64,000 bases of DNA from Halarcobacter sp. (GTDB lineage: Bacteria; Campylobacterota; Campylobacteria; Campylobacterales; Arcobacteraceae), in contig OY781089.1 of assembly GCA_963676565.1 (NCBI GenBank), forward strand, positions 2,592,001 to 2,656,000. Reading direction: 5' to 3'. Position 1 is the first letter of the stretch. Every line of letters begins with the position of its first letter. The notes under the pieces are model-generated. The model was not told the DNA's origin. It searched no databases and saw nothing but the letters and a program-made list of their open reading frames with translations. A program made the translations under genes and the position numbers. This document shows positions 57,385 through 64,000 of this stretch, one piece after another.

Positions 57385-57603
57385 ATGTCAAATAGATACA
57401 ATGGAACAGTAAAATGGTTCAATAATGAAAAAGGTTTTGGATTTATCCAATTAGAAGATAATAGCAAAGATTTATTTATTCATCACAGTGAAATTAATAA
57501 TAGAGGTTATGGAAAGTCATCATTAGATGATGGACAAAAAGTTACTTTTAATATTGGTGTAAATCAAAAAGGTGAACATGCAACGAGTGTAGAAGCTCTA
57601 TAA
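57385..57603 (+). CDS. Cold-shock protein
   Basis: GTVKWFNNEKGFGFI, DLFIHHSEI. Confidence 0.95.
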   Translation: MSNRYNGTVKWFNNEKGFGFIQLEDNSKDLFIHHSEINNRGYGKSSLDDGQKVTFNIGVNQKGEHATSVEAL

Positions 57604-57607
57604 TCTT

Positions 57608-58258
57608 TTGTCTAATATAAGATATAAATATCAAACAATAGAGTTTGATAATGTTGATATCCATTTAAAAACACTTAAAGATACTCAACAATTTTATGAC
57701 AAAAACAATGAAGCACAAGATTTAGGGATAAACTCTGCATCTTGGGCCTTATTTGGTGTCTTATGGCCTTCAAGCCAAATCTTAGCTGAATATGTTTATC
57801 AATCTGATACAACTTCAAAAAGAATTCTTGAAGTTGGATGTGGTATTGGTTTAAGCAGTTTACTTTTAAATCATTTAGACCAAGATATAACAGCAACAGA
57901 CTATCACCCTGAAGTAAAAGCCTTTCTTTTAAAAAACTCAAACTTAAATAATGATGAAGAGATTCCTTTTTATAGGTTAGACTGGGAAGATGACGCTATA
58001 AAGAAAATTGGAAAATTTGATTTAATAATAGGAAGCGATTTACTTTATCAACAAAACCATGGAGAGTTACTATCTCATTTTATTAACAACTATGCTAATA
58101 AAGTATGTGAAGTAATAATTGTCGACCCAAGTAGAGGTAATCATTCAAAATTTAAAAAAGCTATGATAAGTTTTGGATTTGAATATGAAAAAGTAGATAC
58201 AGTAAAATATTCTGAAACAAACTACAAAGGCTCTATCCATAAATACAATAAGGAATAA
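57608..58258 (+). CDS. Class I SAM methyltransferase (Methyltransf_16-like)
   Basis: FGVLWPS, LEVGCGIG, TDY, LDW, IIGSDLLY. Confidence 0.82.
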   Translation: MSNIRYKYQTIEFDNVDIHLKTLKDTQQFYDKNNEAQDLGINSASWALFGVLWPSSQILAEYVYQSDTTSKRILEVGCGIGLSSLLLNHLDQDITATDYHPEVKAFLLKNSNLNNDEEIPFYRLDWEDDAIKKIGKFDLIIGSDLLYQQNHGELLSHFINNYANKVCEVIIVDPSRGNHSKFKKAMISFGFEYEKVDTVKYSETNYKGSIHKYNKE

Positions 58259-58457
58259 AACTTTTACTAAAAATTCAAGTTAAAAACTACCAATTTCTCT
58301 AAAATATCTTTCTATATTTTCAAAAAATATACCATCATTATAATTCATAACGATACAAAACAAAAAAATTTAAAAAATTTTATATTTTCTATTTACCCCA
58401 TGTTTTAGGGCTTTTTATTTATAAAAAACTCTATCCATATCACTCTTTAATGTAATT

Positions 58458-58476
58458 TACTTTGCATTACAAAGTA
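58458..58476. promoter_or_regulatory. Candidate PadR operator
   Basis: Palindrome TACTTTG-CATTA-CAAAGTA upstream of a TATACT -10 box and the PadR gene. Confidence 0.55.
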
Positions 58477-58534
58477 TATTGTGATATACTTTCATATGTT
58501 AAAAGATTGAAAATAAATAAATGAAAGGCAAACT

Positions 58535-58879
58535 ATGGAAGAAGATTATAAAAAGTGGTTAGCTCAATTTCGTAAAGGATACATTGAATTATGTACTCTT
58601 ATTACTTTAAAGCAAAATGGGGCACATCATGGTGTTGCACTTATAAAAGCTTTTGAAGAAGTTGAACTAAGTATAAATGAGGGGACATTATATCCCTTAC
58701 TAAATAGAATGGAACAAAACGGTTGGTTAGAGTCTTCTTGGAACATGCCTAAAACAAGTGGGCATCCAAAAAGGGAGTATAAAATCAGTAAAAAAGGTCA
58801 AGAACTTTTACCTAGATTAATAGAAACCTTCGATTCACATAATAAAAGTTTAGAAAATCTAAAAGGAAAGAAAAAATGA
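58535..58879 (+). CDS. PadR family regulator
   Basis: QFRKG, EGTLYPLLNRME, KREYKIS. Confidence 0.9.
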   Translation: MEEDYKKWLAQFRKGYIELCTLITLKQNGAHHGVALIKAFEEVELSINEGTLYPLLNRMEQNGWLESSWNMPKTSGHPKREYKISKKGQELLPRLIETFDSHNKSLENLKGKKK

Positions 58880-59640
58880 AAACAAATGACTACATAAAAC
58901 AGTTAAAAAAACATTTATCTGTTCTTGAAAATAATAAAAAAGAAGAGATAGTAAAAGAGATAGAAAGTTACATTGAAGAAAGCGATGCTAGTTATTCTTT
59001 ACTTGTTGAAAGATTTGGAACACCCCAAGAGCTTGCAAACAGTTATTTAGAAGATATGCCAATTAATGAATCTAAAAGTAAAAAGATATGGTCAAAAACT
59101 AAAAAGGCTGTTTTTACAATTATTATTTTCCTTATTGTAGTTTCTATTGCTGTTGGAATTTTTATTTATAATATAATAAAAGACCCATTCGACTATGCAG
59201 AGTTTGATGCTAATACAATTGATACAAAAATTGAAGCCAAATGGGAAAAAATCGATAATATAGACTCTATAGATATTGAACAAGCAAAAGTTGTACTTTA
59301 TGGGAGTGATAAAAATGTATTTGAAGTAAGTTGTGAAGGGAATAAAAATGGGCAAAACGAAAATACTTTTGTAATAAAACAATCAAGATGCTTTTTGAAA
59401 GTACCAAAACAAAAACTAAATATAAAATCTATTCAATCTGAAATTGTATTTGTTGAACCAAAAGATGAGATACAATTTAATTCAAGACAAAGTAGAATAA
59501 GAGTTGCTTCTAAGAAGACCCAATATAAATATGAATTAAATGGGGAAGAGAGTGATTTTAAAAAGATAAAATCAAATGAAAATGGTATACTAATAAAAGG
59601 TAAATTTTATCAAAGTGAAGTTATACCATACGAGTATTAA
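58876..59640 (+). CDS. DUF1700/HAAS-domain membrane protein
   Basis: YIKQLKKHL...FGTPQELA followed by a TM segment; ATGA-coupled to PadR. Confidence 0.7.
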   Translation: MKTNDYIKQLKKHLSVLENNKKEEIVKEIESYIEESDASYSLLVERFGTPQELANSYLEDMPINESKSKKIWSKTKKAVFTIIIFLIVVSIAVGIFIYNIIKDPFDYAEFDANTIDTKIEAKWEKIDNIDSIDIEQAKVVLYGSDKNVFEVSCEGNKNGQNENTFVIKQSRCFLKVPKQKLNIKSIQSEIVFVEPKDEIQFNSRQSRIRVASKKTQYKYELNGEESDFKKIKSNENGILIKGKFYQSEVIPYEY

Positions 59641-59641
59641 A

Positions 59642-59670
59642 TTTTAGGGGAAGAATTTATTCCCCTAAAA
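59642..59670. terminator. Bidirectional terminator-like hairpin
   Basis: TTTTAGGGGAA-N7-TTCCCCTAAAA between convergent genes. Confidence 0.6.
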
Positions 59671-60211
59671 AACTACCAATTTTTCTAAAGTAGCTTTCAA
59701 TATTTTCAAAAGAATGATTACCACCCTCTTCTATTACAAGTTCACTTTCACTTAACTTTTCTTCTGCTTCTGTGTAATCTAATACCTCATCTTCAGTTTG
59801 AAGTAGTGTTAAAAAATTTTCTTGGTTTTCTATCTCATTTACTTCTAAAGCTTTTAGTTGTTGAATATGTTCAGTTGTAACTTCAAAAGATGTACTATCA
59901 TAATAATTTATCGCCATTCCAACTTTATCTAAAGTTTTATACGGGTAAACAGCTGGATTAATTAGAACTGCTTTCAAATCATATTTGTTTGCTAAATATA
60001 TTGAATAATACCCACCTAAAGATGAACCTACTAAACCTACATTTTCATTTTTTTCTAAAAGTAATTCAATTAGTTGTTCTAAAGTATCTATTGCTAAATT
60101 AGGTACATATGATAAAGATGGTGCGATCACCTCTTCCTCAAAGTATTCCCTAAAAAGCATTGCTTTACCACCATGTCCACTACTTCCAAAACCATGTATA
60201 TATATAATCAT
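59657..60211 (-). CDS. YqiA/YcfP family esterase
   Basis: YIHGFGSS, GSSLGG, LINPAV, GGNHSF. Confidence 0.88.
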   Translation of the reverse strand: MIIYIHGFGSSGHGGKAMLFREYFEEEVIAPSLSYVPNLAIDTLEQLIELLLEKNENVGLVGSSLGGYYSIYLANKYDLKAVLINPAVYPYKTLDKVGMAINYYDSTSFEVTTEHIQQLKALEVNEIENQENFLTLLQTEDEVLDYTEAEEKLSESELVIEEGGNHSFENIESYFRKIGSFLGE

Positions 60212-60678
60212 ATTTTCTCTTTTTTATTAAATTCTCTAAGTGCTTTTCTAGATGCTTTATCAACCAAATTAAAAAGCTTGTCAATATCATCTTTCAAAGC
60301 TGTTTTTTTGTGACCTTTTATTTTAACAAAGTTCAAATTTAGTTTCTGCATTTCTGAATAAAACTTTTTATAAAGCTCTTCGTTTTTAACTTTTTTACCA
60401 CTACTTGTTAAAAAATCATTTTTAAATAGTTTTTCTTTTCTTTTTTCAAGTTGCAAAATGTTTTGACAATCTGTATATACTGTAACTTCCAACTCACTCA
60501 AATCTTCTAAAGCCCAAAGTAAAACCTCTAGTTCAAGTTTTGTTGAAGAGGTGTTTTCAAACTTTTTTACAAATATATTTTGATCTTCTAAAGTTTCATC
60601 ATATATAAAATAAGCTCCAAAACCAATTTTACTTTGTGGATTTACACTACCATCACAAAAGAGTTTTATCCCACTCAT
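60208..60678 (-). CDS. Ribonuclease HI-like protein
   Basis: FCDGS, LELE, YTDCQ, KIKGH, VDKASR. Confidence 0.82.
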   Translation of the reverse strand: MSGIKLFCDGSVNPQSKIGFGAYFIYDETLEDQNIFVKKFENTSSTKLELEVLLWALEDLSELEVTVYTDCQNILQLEKRKEKLFKNDFLTSSGKKVKNEELYKKFYSEMQKLNLNFVKIKGHKKTALKDDIDKLFNLVDKASRKALREFNKKEKI

Positions 60679-61310
60679 TTATATCTAATCTCTTTATTTA
60701 AAGAACAATTTATCTGATACTCAACCATTTTTGAAAATGGCTTTAAAAAATTCTCAAACTCTTTTTTTGAAATATCTTCTAACTTGTGTTGGTTTAACAA
60801 TTTAAGAACACAAAGTGTTGATTCAATAGTAGATAAACAATATTGATTAGGTTGTGTTTTAATTTTAAAATCTGATTTTTTTGTATATTGAAAACTAACT
60901 TTTGGCAAGGTCTTTAGATTTTTACTTAGTCTTAACATCTTTTTAGAACAAGGCCAAGTAGAATCTATGATAAATATTACATTTTCTTTTTTACTACTTC
61001 CAATTGGTTTTGTATTTAAATCAATGCTATCAAGGCCAGGATATAGAACATAAGAGTTTATGTTTCTATTTTCAATTATTTCATTTACTCTTTTATGATT
61101 GGTAAAATCTATCCCTATATGTATCTCTGAGTTTGGTAATGAAAGATTAGTAAAATGCCCTGTCCCATTTTTTGTTTTTCTAAACTCTTTTGGATGCATC
61201 AAAATCACAAATTTAGTTTTAGTTTTAATTCTTTTTATGTACGAACACATACAAGAACTTTTTGGTCTATAACATTTGAAGCAAACTTCCCTTGAATCTA
61301 TTATCATCAA
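60675..61310 (-). CDS. DTW-domain tRNA aminocarboxypropyltransferase (TapT-like)
   Basis: CFKCYRP..CMC, HPKE, IIDSTW, LSTIE. Confidence 0.85.
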   Translation of the reverse strand: MMIIDSREVCFKCYRPKSSCMCSYIKRIKTKTKFVILMHPKEFRKTKNGTGHFTNLSLPNSEIHIGIDFTNHKRVNEIIENRNINSYVLYPGLDSIDLNTKPIGSSKKENVIFIIDSTWPCSKKMLRLSKNLKTLPKVSFQYTKKSDFKIKTQPNQYCLSTIESTLCVLKLLNQHKLEDISKKEFENFLKPFSKMVEYQINCSLNKEIRYK

Positions 61311-61358
61311 TCCTTTAATTAAAAAGGAATTTTATTCACTTATTACTTAAATAACATC

Positions 61359-61655
61359 TTAATACTTACTTTCCCCACAATTCCAACATACTAAAAATTG
61401 CCCTTCATGAACTTCATTACAGTTTTTGCATCTCCATGAAGGTAGATTATCATTTGTTTTTTCTAAAATTGACTTAGCAAAATCAAGATCTTTTTCTTTT
61501 ACTAATACCTTAACACCCGTAGTTGCTTGTAGATGTGGATGCATTCCACCAGCATCATCTTTATCAATTATAGATTCTATATTTCTATCTTTTAACATAG
61601 AAACTAAAATCTGTGCTTCGATTTCACTATATAATGTTTTTAACTCAACAAACAT
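61359..61655 (-). CDS. DUF2007-like protein with C-terminal zinc ribbon
   Basis: EAQILVSML; WRCKNC...CWNCG. Confidence 0.75.
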   Translation of the reverse strand: MFVELKTLYSEIEAQILVSMLKDRNIESIIDKDDAGGMHPHLQATTGVKVLVKEKDLDFAKSILEKTNDNLPSWRCKNCNEVHEGQFLVCWNCGESKY

Positions 61656-61785
61656 ATTAATCCTTTATATTATAATTCTAATATAGCTTTTTTCTAAAAT
61701 AAATTAAATTTTTAATTTTGATATATTATTTAATCTCTTAAATATATTTGATTATAATTGCACTTTAAATTTAAAGGTAACCTAA

Positions 61786-62634
61786 ATGGCAAAAAACATT
61801 ATCTCAATACTTACATTAACTGTTGTTTTTTTCTCTCTTACTTTTTTTGCTTTCAACTCATATAAAAATGCAAAAATCTATGAAAATACTTACAAACAAT
61901 ATGCCCAAGAACAAACTATAAAAAATAGTGTAGAAGAAAACACAAAAGAGATGCTAAATGATCTTATTGGAGCACTCTTAGGAGAAAAACCAACTAAAAA
62001 TAAAAATGATATAGCATCAAAACAATTAGAACTAGAAAAACTAAAAGAAAAGCCAATAGAGTATGTGATTATCTTTGCAACTATAATCACCCTATCTCTT
62101 TTGAGTTTCTTTATTGTCTCAAAAAAAATATTTCTAACATACTTACATAGTGTTACACTTTTAAGTCTTGTATTTGGTCTTATAAGCCCTATTTTTATGA
62201 TGTATATTTTACTTGACTATAATTTTCAGAATATAGTAAATATAAAAGATGCAATTTTGCAGTTTGAATCCCTTACTATAATAGAATCTATAAATAAACT
62301 TATCTATATCCAAGAAAAATATTTCGTAGGAATAATTATCTTACTTTTTTCAGTGATTTTCCCTCTTATTAAAACCCTACTTTCATTTGTAAATGTATTT
62401 ATAGGTCATATTTCTATACTAAATAAAAGTACTAAACTACTTTCAGCTCTTAGTAAATGGTCTATGACTGATGTATTTGTTTTATCAATATTTTTAGTAT
62501 ATTTATCATCTGTTAGTAGTGGAATGTCAAAAATAGTAACCCAAATTGAAGTTGGATTTTATTTCTTTTTTATATATGTAATTCTTTCTATAATTCTTAG
62601 CTTTTTTAATAAGATTAAAATTGGTGTAAATTAG
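61786..62634 (+). CDS. PqiA-like membrane protein
   Basis: FSVIFPLIK, SKWSMTDVF, GFYFF. Confidence 0.75.
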   Translation: MAKNIISILTLTVVFFSLTFFAFNSYKNAKIYENTYKQYAQEQTIKNSVEENTKEMLNDLIGALLGEKPTKNKNDIASKQLELEKLKEKPIEYVIIFATIITLSLLSFFIVSKKIFLTYLHSVTLLSLVFGLISPIFMMYILLDYNFQNIVNIKDAILQFESLTIIESINKLIYIQEKYFVGIIILLFSVIFPLIKTLLSFVNVFIGHISILNKSTKLLSALSKWSMTDVFVLSIFLVYLSSVSSGMSKIVTQIEVGFYFFFIYVILSIILSFFNKIKIGVN

Positions 62635-62687
62635 AAAAAAGAATTTACTTTATATTTATTGATATTTTTTTCATTTAATATCCAATC

Positions 62688-63185
62688 TTATTTCTTATGA
62701 GCTATTACTTTAATCTCTAATTCTTCACTTTCTAAAGGTATTTCAAAATACTTAGTTACATGATAAAACATCTCTTCTGTATCAAAAGCTGGACGATCAG
62801 GTTGTTCAAGTCGTCTTTTAGCTATTTGTTTTAAACATTGTTCGTCACTAACTTCCAAATATATCAATAGGTGTAAAGCATCAATCTCTTTTGAAATACT
62901 TTTAAGCCAAGCTCTTTGTTTAAGTGTATTTGCAGGGAAATCTAAAACTACATTTGTTCCTGTTAAAAGAATTTTTTGAACATGTGATTTAATCAATGGT
63001 CTTAATAATGCAGAATATTTTATATAGTCATCAAAAGATGAAATTTGCTGAGGATACAAAGCGGACAACCACTCATCTTCTGATATTAACACTGCATTAT
63101 TTTCTATAGCATATTCTTTTGATTTTGTGGACTTTCCAGCACCCATTTTTCCGCAAAAAAATATTAAAGTTCCTATTTTTTTCAT
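62688..63185 (-). CDS. P-loop kinase (AAA_33-like)
   Basis: CGKMGAGKST, SEDEW, VVLDF. Confidence 0.8.
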   Translation of the reverse strand: MKKIGTLIFFCGKMGAGKSTKSKEYAIENNAVLISEDEWLSALYPQQISSFDDYIKYSALLRPLIKSHVQKILLTGTNVVLDFPANTLKQRAWLKSISKEIDALHLLIYLEVSDEQCLKQIAKRRLEQPDRPAFDTEEMFYHVTKYFEIPLESEELEIKVIAHKK

Positions 63186-63273
63186 CTAATTTGTTCTTCT
63201 CTTTCAATATGCTTATTATTTGGTTTCATAAATTATAAAGCAATAATTAATTCACCAAAATATTTTGTAGGAG

Positions 63274-63771
63274 TTAGTATAAAAACTTAACCTTATAAAG
63301 TGTAATATTTGAACTCCCTTTATATGACTTCAATAACTTATTTCCTGAATAAAAATCTACAGTACAACCAATAATTTTTACACTATCTTTGCCACGGAAA
63401 AAATTAAATTTAGCCGTTAGATTAGAGTTTTCTTTAGCTGTAAGTTCTAATGTAGCTCCACATGAAGATGAAAAACCACCGCCACCTTGCATTAAATTCA
63501 ACGTGAACATAAGCTCTTCTTTTGCTGGTATTGTAAATGAATATTTAGGCTGATCATTTTTAATCAGTTGCTCTCCACCCCAACTTTCATCTGCATTCTT
63601 AAGAGTTAAGTAAACATTTTCAGTATTAGTTATACTTCTTTCTTCTGCAAAATTAGTGACTTCTACATTTAATTTTGAGGTTGCTCCTGTTGAAGGGGCT
63701 GTAATCTTAGCTGCACAGCCAGCTAGAAAAGCAGACAAAATAAATGTAATAATAATATTTGAATATTTCAA
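63274..63771 (-). CDS. Hypothetical lipoprotein
   Basis: Lipobox LAGC. Confidence 0.7.
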   Translation of the reverse strand: MKYSNIIITFILSAFLAGCAAKITAPSTGATSKLNVEVTNFAEERSITNTENVYLTLKNADESWGGEQLIKNDQPKYSFTIPAKEELMFTLNLMQGGGGFSSSCGATLELTAKENSNLTAKFNFFRGKDSVKIIGCTVDFYSGNKLLKSYKGSSNITLYKVKFLY

Positions 63772-63906
63772 TTCTTATCCTTTTATTGATTATTTGAACT
63801 TTTATTTTAGCTTTTTTGTTCTAAAAAGATAAAATAATAAAGAGTATAAATTTACATTTATTTTGTTATAATATTCATTATTTTTTAAATAAGCAAGGAG
63901 TCTTTT

Positions 63907-64000
63907 ATGTCTTCAATTGATAATATAGTAGATAAATTTAATATTGGTTTTCTTAGTACTGTTATTGATTCAAATAATTCTCTTATGAATCAATTTAGTC
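63907..64000 (+). CDS. Partial ORF running off the window end
   Basis: AAGGAG RBS, then MSSIDNIVDKFNIGFLS... Confidence 0.5.
   Translation, partial: MSSIDNIVDKFNIGFLSTVIDSNNSLMNQFS

Overview
AT-rich bacterial chromosome segment. Gene content and order (guaA-nhaD-nadB, rny-5-FCL-tlpA-ftsY) suggest Campylobacterota, most likely Arcobacteraceae (inference). A housekeeping backbone is interrupted by three notable loci. (1) About 14.2-18.1 kb, next to guaA: an integron-type gene-cassette array on the minus strand with no adjacent intI. It has an attI-like first junction, four intact attC sites of three different architectures (two 70-71 bp AT-rich sites, one 60 bp GC-rich site, one 126 bp Vibrio-repeat-like site) and two eroded attC sites further along. 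One cassette encodes a class D (OXA) beta-lactamase. (2) About 39.5-45.7 kb: a 6.2 kb tyrosine-integrase element inserted in the 3' end of a TIGR02757-family gene, which it repairs with a mostly synonymously recoded tail. It carries xis-like and rep-like genes, a gene pair of unknown function and a lipoprotein. (3) About 27-34.6 kb plus 37.2-39.4 kb: a cyclic-nucleotide signalling cluster (MBL-GAF-HD-GYP phosphodiesterase, CHASE2 adenylate cyclase, SPOR-TPR-barrel outer-membrane protein, FecR-domain protein with a 9-bp tandem-repeat linker and TbpB-like C-terminus, GGDEF, second FecR, OmpA). Also present: a hipBA-like module, two long palindromic elements, candidate small RNAs and operators. 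No rRNA, tRNA or CRISPR array was recognised. Product calls come from motif recognition only; no searches were run.
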